Shown: positions 29,763-39,806 of the stretch, one piece after another | Position numbering within the stretch: position 1 is the stretch's first letter | How the letters are laid out: every line of letters starts with the position of its first letter | From: Candidatus Moraniibacteriota bacterium | Lineage (GTDB): Bacteria > Patescibacteriota > Minisyncoccia > Moranbacterales > UBA2206 | NCBI GenBank assembly: GCA_037137555.1 | Contig: JBAXKA010000002.1 | Location: forward strand, 3,133 to 67,132 | DNA length: 64,000 nt | Direction: 5' to 3' | Made by a program: the position numbers and the translations under genes | Notes under the pieces: generated by a model | Database searches by the model: none | Told to the model about the DNA's origin: nothing | The model's input: only the letters and a program-made list of their open reading frames with translations

Positions 29763-31036
29763 TTTTTAATAAAATGTTGATTAAATTATTTTTTATTTTT
29801 TGTGCCTATTTACCATTTCAATTAGCACTAAATCCTAGTGCTGGTGTGGATATGGCAAGTGCTCGCGTTTTTATTCTCGTGTTATTTTTTGCGTGGTTGG
29901 CGGAAAAATTAAAGCAAAAAAAACTAGTGGTGCAAAACAATAAAACAAATTTTTTTCTAATAAGCTTTCTTTTTTTGAATCTTTTTTCTATAGTTGTTTC
30001 GCAAAACAGTGATTGGTCAGTGCGAAAGTTATTATTTTTATTTTCTGTTTTTCCGCTTTATTTTGTGGCATCAAACATAATCAAGACAAAAGCGCAGATG
30101 ACAAAAGCGCTTAAAATTTTAGTTTGGAGTGGTTTTTTTGTGGCAATATTGGGAATAATTCAATTTATTTCGCAGTTTATTTTTGGATTAAATGCGACAT
30201 ATCAATTTTGGGCAAATTATATTTCGCCAGTATTTTTAGGTGCGAATGTGACTGAAGCAGTCTTAAAAAATCCCAGTTGGCTGGTGAATATTTCCGGAGC
30301 GACTTATTTGCGATCAATCGCAACTTTTCCCGATCCACATATGTTGTCGTTTTTCTTGGGCATGCTTTTGCCTTTTGCTTTGGGACTTTTTTGGAAATTT
30401 AAAACTAAAATTTATTTAATTATTTTCTGCACGATGCTGGTGGCGGATTTACTGACTTTTTCTCGCGGGGGTTATCTTGGCTTGTTTGCCGGAATTTTAG
30501 TCACTATTTTTTTAGTATTAAATAAATTAAAAAAAGAAAATAAATTAAAAATTTTCTTGGCCAGTCTTGCGCTAGCTAGTTTTTTAATAATTCCGGGACC
30601 AATTTCTGAAAGATTTTTTTCTAGTTTTAATTTTAGCGAAGGTTCTAATCAAGGAAGAATTGAAACTTGGAAAAAAGCGATTGAAATTATTATTAACCAT
30701 CCGGCTTTCGGTGTGGGCATTGGTAATTACGCGCTGGAAATTAGTGCTACTGCCAATTATCGCGATCCAATTTATGCCCATAGCAATTATTTGGATATTG
30801 CGGCAGAAACTGGATTGTTGAATCTTTTTTTGTGGCTAGGCTTTCTTGGCTCTGTATTTTTTATGTTTTTGAAAAAAGCAAAAGATAGTTTATTTTTCTG
30901 TGCTAGTATTAGCATAATAATCTTTATGGCACATTCAGTCGTGGAAACCTCAATTTATTCACCAGTAGTTTTGCCATTATTTTTAATTATTGCCAGTTTT
31001 AATCATTTAACACAGCTTGATGAAAAAAATATTTAA
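29759..31036 (+). CDS. O-antigen ligase/polymerase-like (Wzy_C) membrane protein
   Basis: TFSRGG, R..TW, FGVGIGNY, AHSNYLDIAAETG. Confidence 0.85.
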   Translation: MIFNKMLIKLFFIFCAYLPFQLALNPSAGVDMASARVFILVLFFAWLAEKLKQKKLVVQNNKTNFFLISFLFLNLFSIVVSQNSDWSVRKLLFLFSVFPLYFVASNIIKTKAQMTKALKILVWSGFFVAILGIIQFISQFIFGLNATYQFWANYISPVFLGANVTEAVLKNPSWLVNISGATYLRSIATFPDPHMLSFFLGMLLPFALGLFWKFKTKIYLIIFCTMLVADLLTFSRGGYLGLFAGILVTIFLVLNKLKKENKLKIFLASLALASFLIIPGPISERFFSSFNFSEGSNQGRIETWKKAIEIIINHPAFGVGIGNYALEISATANYRDPIYAHSNYLDIAAETGLLNLFLWLGFLGSVFFMFLKKAKDSLFFCASISIIIFMAHSVVETSIYSPVVLPLFLIIASFNHLTQLDEKNI

Positions 31037-32183
31037 GCTAGAGAATTTAATTTATTTAACTATTTTTGCTTTGCCGACTTATCTTTTGCGGTTTAATTTA
31101 GGTGGTTTGCCTGTGAATATGTTAGATTGTTTGCTTTTTATGTCTGTTCTTCTCGGGCTAGTTATTTATCGCAAAAAAATACAAGCTAAGTTGTTTTTTG
31201 AAAAAAATAAATTAATCTTTTTTTCTGTCAGCTTAATTTTTCTGGGCTTAATACTTTCGGTTTTAATTAATAAGAATTATGCTTTAAGTCTGGGAATAAT
31301 CAAGAGCTGGTTTGTTTTGCCAGTTTTGTTTGCTTTAATTGTGCGTTGTTTGCCGGGAGAAGCTAAATTTAAAAATATTTTTTGGGCATATTATTTAAGT
31401 GCTTTTTTTGTGGCATCAATTTCGCTTGTCTATTATTTTTCAGGCTTTATAACTTATGATCTGCGACTGCAAGGGTTTTATAATTCTCCAAATTATTTGG
31501 CGATGTATTTGGCACCAGCAATTTTTGTGGGTTATTATTTATTCTCAGAAGTCAAAATAAAAACAAAAGCTAAGTTATTAAGCTTGTTTTTTAATTTAAT
31601 TATTCTTTTTGCTTTATATTTAACTTATTCCTATGCTAGTTGGCTAGCAATTTTAATTGCGTTTGGTTTTGTTTTGTTGCTGGAAAAAAAACTAAACTGG
31701 AAAAAAAGCTTGTTTGTCGCCTTCTTTGCGCTGATGTTGTTTTTTTCTCAGCTAGAAAATAATAAATTTTTTAATCTCATGAATTTCAATGGTCGCTCAT
31801 CTTTTTCTTCGCGAATAATGATTTGGCAGTCGGCCGAAAAAATAGGGAAAGATAATTGGTTTTTAGGCATTGGCATTGGCAATTTTCAAGAAAAATATCT
31901 AGCTTATCAAAAATATTTTCCAACTTATTTGGAATGGGACGTGCCTCATCCACATAATTTATATTTGGCATTTTGGCTTTATGGTGGAGTTTTCGGCTTG
32001 GCTGGTTTTCTAGGTTTAATTTATATTTGGTTTTCTGGTATTGTAAAAGCCAAAATAAATCCCAGCCTAAGATTTATGGTGCTGGGAATTATGTTCTATA
32101 TTTTATTGCATGGCCTAGTGGACACAACTTATTTTAAAAATGATTTGGCTGTGATTTTTTGGCTTTTATTCTCCTTGCTTTAA
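31017..32183 (+). CDS. O-antigen ligase/polymerase-like (Wzy_C) membrane protein
   Basis: SPNYLAMYL, SRIMIW, LGIGIGNF, HPHNLYL. Confidence 0.85.
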   Translation: MMKKIFKLENLIYLTIFALPTYLLRFNLGGLPVNMLDCLLFMSVLLGLVIYRKKIQAKLFFEKNKLIFFSVSLIFLGLILSVLINKNYALSLGIIKSWFVLPVLFALIVRCLPGEAKFKNIFWAYYLSAFFVASISLVYYFSGFITYDLRLQGFYNSPNYLAMYLAPAIFVGYYLFSEVKIKTKAKLLSLFFNLIILFALYLTYSYASWLAILIAFGFVLLLEKKLNWKKSLFVAFFALMLFFSQLENNKFFNLMNFNGRSSFSSRIMIWQSAEKIGKDNWFLGIGIGNFQEKYLAYQKYFPTYLEWDVPHPHNLYLAFWLYGGVFGLAGFLGLIYIWFSGIVKAKINPSLRFMVLGIMFYILLHGLVDTTYFKNDLAVIFWLLFSLL

Positions 32184-32189
32184 GCTTTT

Positions 32190-33341
32190 TTAAAGCGTTA
32201 TTTTGTATAGCTTGCCGTCTGTGCGATTAGTAAAAAATAAAAGACTTTCATTGGCGTTAAGAAAAAGTTTTGTGGCATCATATTTGCTGGTGATTTTATT
32301 TAGATCTACAATGCGACTTTTTTCTCCTGTGGTGGTATCTATTTTCCAAAAAGTATCGGCTGTATGAAATTTTTCTTGATCATAATCATTAGGCATGATC
32401 GCAGAAGCAGGAATTTCTCCTGGCAGAGCACAATAAAGCGCTTTATTATTTGCCAACCAAACACATTTTGAAACAAGTGTCGGCAAATCAAGATTGTGAA
32501 ATTCCCCACCATTGGAATTAACAACGGAAAGTTGAATTTTTGTGCCACCTTTGACATCGCTATGACTAACCAGCGCTAGACTTCCATCATTGTTCCAGAG
32601 ATAATTAGCCCCAAAGACGCCTTTTAAAATAATTTTTTCTTCCCCGCCAATTATCGGAGCAGACTTGAAAGCGGTTTCAGAAAAAGCATCTGGTTTATTC
32701 CAAAAAGAAACGAGACTGCTTTTTGGAATTTGAGCGATGGAAATATCCCGAAAAGTAATATCGGCCAGCTTTATCCAATTAGTTCCATCTGGATCAGAAA
32801 TATTAAGTGTTGTTTTTTTGCTAGCCGAGTCAGAATATTTATAGAAAATACGATTATTGCTATCTTGCCAGGCAACTTCATCAACATTATTTTTTAGTGA
32901 AAAATTAGTTAGATCAGTGTAATTGTAATAATAAAGACTAGCTAATCCGGCACGGACGAATTTCGTGATCACTTTGTTTTTATCCGGCGACCACGAAACA
33001 AAAGTAAGTCCAAGCAATTCTTTGTCAGAAAAAGTTCTTTTATTATTGCCATTAAAATCAATTTGATAAACTCGCCCACTATTTTTAGCATAATATTTTA
33101 TGGCTTCTGTTCCATTGGCAAGCGTTGGTGCAAGCACAGCCTCATCTGAAAGCGCCACAATCGCTTCAGTGCTAATTTTTGGCTGAACAGTTGGTAGGAT
33201 AACTACCGGTGCTTCTTTTTTTGGTGTTAGCGGAATTTCTTCGGCTGGAGATTTAAAGGCTAAATTATAAATACCAAAAAATAAAAGAGCAACGCAAAAA
33301 AGCGTGAGAGAAATAAAAAAGATTTTTTTATTTAGTGACAT
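32190..33341 (-). CDS. membrane-anchored extracellular beta-propeller-like protein
   Basis: N-terminal TM helix, proline-rich linker, repeated WSPD/WQD/WNND blade-like motifs. Confidence 0.55.
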   Translation of the reverse strand: MSLNKKIFFISLTLFCVALLFFGIYNLAFKSPAEEIPLTPKKEAPVVILPTVQPKISTEAIVALSDEAVLAPTLANGTEAIKYYAKNSGRVYQIDFNGNNKRTFSDKELLGLTFVSWSPDKNKVITKFVRAGLASLYYYNYTDLTNFSLKNNVDEVAWQDSNNRIFYKYSDSASKKTTLNISDPDGTNWIKLADITFRDISIAQIPKSSLVSFWNKPDAFSETAFKSAPIIGGEEKIILKGVFGANYLWNNDGSLALVSHSDVKGGTKIQLSVVNSNGGEFHNLDLPTLVSKCVWLANNKALYCALPGEIPASAIMPNDYDQEKFHTADTFWKIDTTTGEKSRIVDLNKITSKYDATKLFLNANESLLFFTNRTDGKLYKITL

Positions 33342-33350
33342 AAAACAAAA

Positions 33351-34244
33351 TTAATTATTTTGGCATTTTGTGGTGCTGACATGAATATGATTATATGATA
33401 CTGCTTCATCTTTCCAATATCCAGCCCCAGAATTTTTAGCGGCGGTAATGATGTTGTCAGCGGTCAGTCCTGTTGCAGTAGAAACATCAATTGCTTCAGA
33501 TTTTCCACCAACAGTCCCACCATAATGGCAAGAACTTTTTTTATGATGACAACACTCCGTGCTTGAATCATTAGTGCATTGTTTCCAAGTTGGGTTGTTT
33601 CTGTAACAGTCTACCCCACCACCATTATTATCAGAAACTGAATTGATCATCATTTTATCTCCAAGTAGATTCTTCATTTTTAACATTAATTCTTGCAATT
33701 CAGGAGAGGCATCGTTGCATTGAGCCTTAATGCTAGTTGTTTGAAATTTGAAATCTTCACACTTGAAAGTTGTTGTTGTTGGCGTTGTTGTGGTTGGTAA
33801 TACTCCAGTGGAAGAGCTTGTTGTGGTGCAAGAGAAAGTATGCCAATCTGTTTTTTCAATGCCAAGATCTGTTTTTGCTGAAAATAATGTGATAATAATT
33901 GTGTTAACAATAAGCCAAGCACCCAACATTAAAGCGAAGCCAATCAAAACAGCCCCAACAATGTCTTTGGCTTGTTTGGTGAGTGTTGGGTTACCGGAAG
34001 AAACAATATAAATTATACCTGCAATGGAGATTGCAGTAATAGAAAGAGGAATTAATAAAGTATTCATTGCCCAATCGAGGATGCTCTGAATACCAACAAT
34101 TAAATGACAAAGTGTGCAGGGATCGGTAGTAGTAATTCCACAAGAAACAATACCAGCACTTGCAATTCTTGGCAGAGCAAAGAGAAAAATAAAAATACTA
34201 AAAAATAAAAAGACAAATTTATTGAGGCTAATTTTTTTAAACAT
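33351..34244 (-). CDS. CPR VirB2-like pilin fused to an M15/LAS-type zinc peptidase domain
   Basis: Pilin core CTLCHL..AGIIYIVSSGN..AKDIV..LIGF..AWLIVNTI; Thr linker; SCHYGG..AIDVS..NHIHVS. Confidence 0.72.
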   Translation of the reverse strand: MFKKISLNKFVFLFFSIFIFLFALPRIASAGIVSCGITTTDPCTLCHLIVGIQSILDWAMNTLLIPLSITAISIAGIIYIVSSGNPTLTKQAKDIVGAVLIGFALMLGAWLIVNTIIITLFSAKTDLGIEKTDWHTFSCTTTSSSTGVLPTTTTPTTTTFKCEDFKFQTTSIKAQCNDASPELQELMLKMKNLLGDKMMINSVSDNNGGGVDCYRNNPTWKQCTNDSSTECCHHKKSSCHYGGTVGGKSEAIDVSTATGLTADNIITAAKNSGAGYWKDEAVSYNHIHVSTTKCQNN

Positions 34245-34267
34245 AATATTTTTTTTAGGTTTTTTAA

Positions 34268-34708
34268 CTATTTTGGAAAAGTTTTTCCGTTGGGACAAAA
34301 ACTGAGACGATAATTTATTCCGGAGGCATTTTCATTCACATCAAATGGCACACCCAGAGAAACTTTTAATTTACAGGCATCTGCTTGGCTTATATTTAAG
34401 GTGGTTAATAAATCTTTTTCTGCCATGTCTCTGGCTAATTGAATATCAGTATTAAGTATAGCAATAATAAATCCCTGATCTTGCGGATAGTAATCAATGG
34501 AGTAATTAGCATTTTCTTTAAAATTGACACCACTCAATGAAAGCGGTTTTTTATTTGGAAGCGTGGCGGGATTGATAATAGAAACTTTTCCTGTTGGTGT
34601 TTTGATGGTTAGCTGGTTGCTATTTTTTGAAAAAATAAAATAAAAAATTAAAATTAATAATAATCCGCCAAACGAGATAAACAAAATTTTAGCTGTTTTT
34701 GTGTGCAT
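34268..34708 (-). CDS. hypothetical membrane-anchored protein
   Basis: N-terminal TM helix; co-oriented within the cluster. Confidence 0.65.
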   Translation of the reverse strand: MHTKTAKILFISFGGLLLILIFYFIFSKNSNQLTIKTPTGKVSIINPATLPNKKPLSLSGVNFKENANYSIDYYPQDQGFIIAILNTDIQLARDMAEKDLLTTLNISQADACKLKVSLGVPFDVNENASGINYRLSFCPNGKTFPK

Positions 34709-34731
34709 ATTGTTTTTTTAAAAAAAAATGA

Positions 34732-35622
34732 TTATTTGGGAAATCCGCACTTACTATTTGCTCCCCATGGCCCCCATTTTGCTCCATTATTAGAAAGCTT
34801 ACAGGCTGTTTGAATATTGCAAGCAGCGGTTGTGGCAGCGGTTACGCAACTTGCATAATTTGATTTTTGAGTACAATTATGATTAGCATTCTTACCGCCA
34901 GTATACATTGGTGCTGCGGCAGAAGTGGCACAGGTTGTTGTTGGACAGGAACTGCCACTAAGATTATGAGCAGAAAGATTTATTTGAAATAAACCAAGAG
35001 AAACAGGAAAATTATCAGGTTGACATTTGTCTCCACTTTGCTTGCTTTCTTTTCCAGAGCTTTCTCCCATACAAATCGCCGAAGCCATTGCAGCATTGTC
35101 ACCAAAGCAAGTTTTTCTAAGATTTTCAATAGAGCATGGTCCGGAAGCGGCTGGTTCGCATTTTCCTGTTCCGCTAGTGCTGCCACTGCCACTCCCGCTC
35201 CCACTACTTCCACCGGTGCTTCCACCACTACTGCTTTGTGGCAACGAAATACCTACAATATTAACCAATTCAGGATTGATAGTATAAAGAAGCACATACG
35301 AAGTGAGTGCAAGGATTAAGCCAGCAATAGCATCAAAAATAATTCCTTTAGCTTTTCCTGTGGCACTGGTATTTCCGGCACTGGTAATATACATAAAAGC
35401 ACCAACAGAAATCATCAACATCGCCGAGATGCCAACTGTCCACAAACCAAATTTATAAATTGTTAAAATATATAACTCATAGGAATCCGGCCGACCAAAT
35501 CCAGGAATTTCTTCCATTGGGGAATACTTATAAGCATCCACTGCTAATACTAAAAGAGGACTAAAAAGCAACACAAAGAAAAGTGCGATGGTTGCGATTT
35601 TTTGTTTTAGTTTAAAATTCAT
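34732..35622 (-). CDS. CPR VirB2-like pilin fused to a lytic transglycosylase (SLT-like) domain
   Basis: Pilin core GAFMYITSAGN..KAKGII.DAIAGL..SYVLLYTINPEL; Gly/Ser linker; ICMGESSG..SLGLFQIN..NIQTA..WGPW. Confidence 0.78.
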   Translation of the reverse strand: MNFKLKQKIATIALFFVLLFSPLLVLAVDAYKYSPMEEIPGFGRPDSYELYILTIYKFGLWTVGISAMLMISVGAFMYITSAGNTSATGKAKGIIFDAIAGLILALTSYVLLYTINPELVNIVGISLPQSSSGGSTGGSSGSGSGSGSTSGTGKCEPAASGPCSIENLRKTCFGDNAAMASAICMGESSGKESKQSGDKCQPDNFPVSLGLFQINLSAHNLSGSSCPTTTCATSAAAPMYTGGKNANHNCTQKSNYASCVTAATTAACNIQTACKLSNNGAKWGPWGANSKCGFPK

Positions 35623-38581
35623 TGGTGTTTGTTTTGGGTAAAATAAAAAAAATAATTTTTATGGCAAGAATAATGGCGAAGCCGGAAAGAACAATGCGGA
35701 AAAGAAAAGCGATATAGTTGGGAATGCCGGAAGAAACAGTGGCAAAAATTTTCTTGGAAGAAGTTTCTTTTTGAGCTAGTGGAGCAATATCCGTCATTTC
35801 AATTTCAATATTGTGTGTCAGCTTCTTCTCATAGAATTCATTATAACTGATATTCCAATATTTGTTAAGTTGTTTTCTTATGGGATTTTCTGCTTTATAG
35901 ATAGTGGCAAAAGAAATAAGATATTTTTCGCCACTTTCTTTGGGCGGAAGGGTTAATTTTCCATAATTTTGTGTGTCGATTTTATAGCCATAAGTTGTGG
36001 CATTGTCGGCATTAATGATTACGCCGTCAATATTCCATTGATAGGGACAAGTAGATAGCCCATCTTCCTTGTCGGCATCACCATCATTATTATCACCATT
36101 AGTAAATTCTTTTTTTGCCGCTGTTCCTGAAAAATCTGGAGTTAGAACGATATCATAGCCCACTAAGGCTTGAAATTTTATTTCACTGCGATCTTCATAG
36201 TATTTGTTATCAAAATCCTGGTAGTCGCCTAGTTTAATGCCCCTGCAAGTTTGATTGCCGGAAGCATCTTTATTGTCAGTGTCCGTGGCTTTTGTGCTAT
36301 CATATTTTGGCACAATTTTTACTTCAGGAACGGTAATCTGAAAAACTTTTGTTAATTCAATTCTTTTGCCGGTTTCTTTATTGAGTGCGGACAACCCGAT
36401 CGTATATTTGTCGCCGATACCTTTGAGAATTGGAAAATAAGTGCGGTTTGTGGATTTTCCAATGTTGTCAGTAGTAGTAGTGCCATCATCAATGCATTTT
36501 TCGAATTGTTGATCTGGGCAAACTTGAGTAGCGCCATCGAGCGTCCAAAGAAACTCAGTGTATTTTTCTGTGCCAGTATTATCAAAAACTACTCCAATCA
36601 TTTCATCTTTTGCGACTTCGCAAACAGCTGCTTGTGGAAATGTTAAAGTAATTTTTCCGTCAGCGTCTTTCGTTGGAAGTGTAGTGAGGCATCTTTCTCC
36701 CGCTAGTTCGCCATCGTAGGTGCTTTCGGCTGATGGTTTTGGTGCTAGGTAAATAATTTCTGGTTCATTCGGATCTTTCGTTTTATATACTGCTGTGGCT
36801 GTATAAACCCTGAGTGTTTCCGTGGAAGAAGATATTGACAGTGTTACATCGGCATGTCCTTCTCGTTCACCACCTTCCGAAAGTGTTTCCTTGGCGGTTA
36901 CTTTTATTTTAAGATATTTTGGCAGTTTGTCTGTAGTTGTGATATCTTCAAAATCATCATCCTTAAAATTAAGATTAAATTTAAGCGTAGTTACGCCTAG
37001 TCCGGACATTTGCGTGGCGCTAATATCTTTTGGTATTTCTTTAAGTGCTATCCAATTGTCTGGATCAGCTGGATCTTCGCCAGCAAAAATTTCCCAAGTA
37101 TAATTAAGGGCATTTTCATTGGTGGGATTAGTTGTCGACGAGGTGAAAGTTACTTCATCACCGTTTTTGCTGTCGCTTGTATCATTGATGGGATTTTCTG
37201 GCAAATATTTCAGTGAGACATCTAGTTTTTCAGTTGTGCCACCACCTTCGGAAGGAGAAACAAGATTGCTTTCAAGGCAAGCATTTAAATCATTATCATC
37301 CATGCCTGTTGATCTGATTGTTATATTAGTATCGGAGCCTGTGCAGGTATATGTGGCACCGTCTTCATTTATTGTTCCGCCCTGAGTATATGTGCTTGTT
37401 GGGCAGGTTGAAGTATAATTGAATAAATCTGGTGGAATGATGGTGGTTATGAGCGTGGCCGGGTTAGTGTAGGACACAACGGTTTTAGTGATGGTCATTG
37501 TTCGGAGCATAATATTGTCATTGATTTTTGTGTCAGGAAGGGTTTTTTGCGTGGTAGTAGTTGTAACAGTGGAAGTATAGTTTGTTTCTGAGTGTTGGGT
37601 TGGTGGTGTTCCGTCTGTGTGCGTGTTTAGAAAAACTTGTGTTGTTGGACCAATTATTTTTGGATAACCAGTAGAAGGATCCATGTCCTTTGGTTCGCAA
37701 GTATTTTTGCTAAATGCCCACATTGTTCTGTATGATGAATCTGGCTCTTGGGTTGGTTGAATGGCGGCACCTTCCACAACAACACCAACTTGATCTCCAG
37801 CCGTAAAAGGAAAAGTGATTGTGTTTGCACCGAGTCCGGCAACATTAGCTTCGTCAGTATTTCCAGTGCTGGCAGTATCTTTGTTATTGGGATTAGTATG
37901 CCAAAACTGTTCTTCACTAAGACTAAATTTACCATTCGATCCGCCAGTTGTATCTCCGGGTGCATTAGGAAAAAGATGCTTGCACTCTTTTAGTTCATAG
38001 TCATCACCAGTTTTAACATTGTGCACAAAACAGTGCTCTGGTTTTCCTCGTTGATCATCACCACCAAAAACTGCTTTATAACCATCATCATCAGTATCTG
38101 CTTTATACACATCTGCTGGCGGTTGCCAAACAAAATCATCATTAGCGAGAATGCGGGCGGCTCTAACTTTATAATCTTCGATATCAACTTTGCCATTACC
38201 ATCTGAATCACATTTCGCTTTGTCCTCAGGGCAAGCGGCACCTTTAATATACCAAGTAAAATAAAGATTTTCAGTGGTGTTGATGAAATAGGTTGGCATG
38301 GCAGTGACGGTGACTTTTTCTCCCGGGACGGGATCAGCAGGATCGAAGGTGAGTGAAACCATTGGAGGATTTATTTTTCTCCTCGCAACATTAATGGTTT
38401 TCATGGTGTTTTTTAACTCATTTTTATCAACACCCAGATCGCTCATAACTGAATCTGTTACTTCGGTAGGATTTGCTAGTGAAAAAAGAGCAGCATAGGC
38501 AGGTAAGGCTGTAAGTGAGAAAATATTTAAAATAACCAAGCAGGTGATGATTATTTTTTTTAATTTTTTTTTAATTTTCAT
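35612..38581 (-). CDS. large Cys/Thr-rich surface protein with C-terminal TM anchor
   Basis: Signal peptide, beta-rich segments, EF-hand/dockerin-like DSDGNGKVDIED, C-terminal hydrophobic helix. Confidence 0.7.
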   Translation of the reverse strand: MKIKKKLKKIIITCLVILNIFSLTALPAYAALFSLANPTEVTDSVMSDLGVDKNELKNTMKTINVARRKINPPMVSLTFDPADPVPGEKVTVTAMPTYFINTTENLYFTWYIKGAACPEDKAKCDSDGNGKVDIEDYKVRAARILANDDFVWQPPADVYKADTDDDGYKAVFGGDDQRGKPEHCFVHNVKTGDDYELKECKHLFPNAPGDTTGGSNGKFSLSEEQFWHTNPNNKDTASTGNTDEANVAGLGANTITFPFTAGDQVGVVVEGAAIQPTQEPDSSYRTMWAFSKNTCEPKDMDPSTGYPKIIGPTTQVFLNTHTDGTPPTQHSETNYTSTVTTTTTQKTLPDTKINDNIMLRTMTITKTVVSYTNPATLITTIIPPDLFNYTSTCPTSTYTQGGTINEDGATYTCTGSDTNITIRSTGMDDNDLNACLESNLVSPSEGGGTTEKLDVSLKYLPENPINDTSDSKNGDEVTFTSSTTNPTNENALNYTWEIFAGEDPADPDNWIALKEIPKDISATQMSGLGVTTLKFNLNFKDDDFEDITTTDKLPKYLKIKVTAKETLSEGGEREGHADVTLSISSSTETLRVYTATAVYKTKDPNEPEIIYLAPKPSAESTYDGELAGERCLTTLPTKDADGKITLTFPQAAVCEVAKDEMIGVVFDNTGTEKYTEFLWTLDGATQVCPDQQFEKCIDDGTTTTDNIGKSTNRTYFPILKGIGDKYTIGLSALNKETGKRIELTKVFQITVPEVKIVPKYDSTKATDTDNKDASGNQTCRGIKLGDYQDFDNKYYEDRSEIKFQALVGYDIVLTPDFSGTAAKKEFTNGDNNDGDADKEDGLSTCPYQWNIDGVIINADNATTYGYKIDTQNYGKLTLPPKESGEKYLISFATIYKAENPIRKQLNKYWNISYNEFYEKKLTHNIEIEMTDIAPLAQKETSSKKIFATVSSGIPNYIAFLFRIVLSGFAIILAIKIIFFILPKTNTNEF

Positions 38582-39249
38582 CGCGTAAGATAAATAATAT
38601 AACTATCCAAAATTATTATAGCAAAAATACTCATAAAATACGAATAGAAAAATGATTTTGTTTTGTAGGCGAGAAATCCGGCTGTGACGGAAAGCAAAAT
38701 GAAGGGAGCGGATTGCCAAGAAAAAGCATTTGTGAGAAAAAGTGTAGCAAGAAATAAGCTTGTTTGAGCGGAAATTGCCAAAGAAGCTATTTTTTTTTGA
38801 AAAAGTGAAAGAATAAAACCTTGAAAAAAATAACTAAAAATAAAAATACTTAAATTGACAATAAATAATTCATAAACTAAAAATAACCAGAAATTGTTTT
38901 TGATATAATTTGGCAAAACATAAACAGTATTGAAATCTGTATAATTAAGCATTAAATAAAAAAGCAAAAGAGTGAAGAAAAAAGTGCCTATTCCCCAGAT
39001 CAAGCCAATTGATTTATTTTTTAGATTCCAGCCAAAATCAGCCAGCTTTTTTTGGAGAATGATTTTTGTGTAAGCCACTGGCAGAAGAATAAGAAAAAAT
39101 AAATTAGCCGTTATTTTTTGGGCGGAATTTTGGGTGGGAAAAACAAGACTAAAAAAAAGGCAAAGGGCAATCACGCCAAGACTAACCAAAAATTCTCGGT
39201 CAAGCCAAGAAAGTTTTTGTTTTTTTTGTGGGTAGATTGGTTGATACAT
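38578..39249 (-). CDS. CPBP/Abi-like membrane protein, catalytic motifs degenerate
   Basis: LADFGW..., FSYFFQG where EExxFRG is expected, GFLAYKTKS. Confidence 0.55.
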   Translation of the reverse strand: MYQPIYPQKKQKLSWLDREFLVSLGVIALCLFFSLVFPTQNSAQKITANLFFLILLPVAYTKIILQKKLADFGWNLKNKSIGLIWGIGTFFFTLLLFYLMLNYTDFNTVYVLPNYIKNNFWLFLVYELFIVNLSIFIFSYFFQGFILSLFQKKIASLAISAQTSLFLATLFLTNAFSWQSAPFILLSVTAGFLAYKTKSFFYSYFMSIFAIIILDSYIIYLTR

Positions 39250-39258
39250 GTGGTTTTT

Positions 39259-39795
39259 TTAATTTTCTTCTTCTTGCTCCTCGGCTTGTTCTGATTGGGT
39301 TTCTTTTCTTTCTTGTAAAATAAAAACATAAATCAAAAAAGTTGTAACGGTTTCCAGTGGCAAGAAATTCAAAATAGGAATCATCTCAAGCAGGTTGCCA
39401 AGAAAAAGGGTGATGAGTTTTTTTTTCCCAAAAAATTTTTTCACTCCCGAAACGAGCATTGCCATAATGGTCATAATGAATAGAAAAGGCGTCAAGAGTG
39501 TTCCAATAAAACCAGCATCAAAAATATCTTTAAGTCCGGACAATATAATAGTCAACAGAAAAAATATATCGATAACTTGAATAAAGCTGATCAGAGAGAC
39601 TGCTGACGAAACATCTTTAGCTATTTTTTTGGCATTTTTGGCCATTGACTTCAAACTTTTTTTGGGTTTATTGTCTTCATCAGCGGTTTTGTTCTGATCT
39701 TGTTTCTCTGCGTCTTTTTGTTCTGGTTGTTCGGCTTGTGGCGTAGATCGTTCTTGTTCTAGATTTTTTTTATGGTCGTCTTCTTCTTGAGACAT
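39259..39795 (-). CDS. hypothetical membrane protein of the T4SS-like cluster
   Basis: Charged N-terminus, TM helices, EMIPILNFLP motif. Confidence 0.65.
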   Translation of the reverse strand: MSQEEDDHKKNLEQERSTPQAEQPEQKDAEKQDQNKTADEDNKPKKSLKSMAKNAKKIAKDVSSAVSLISFIQVIDIFFLLTIILSGLKDIFDAGFIGTLLTPFLFIMTIMAMLVSGVKKFFGKKKLITLFLGNLLEMIPILNFLPLETVTTFLIYVFILQERKETQSEQAEEQEEEN

Positions 39796-39806
39796 AAGGT
39801 TTAATT

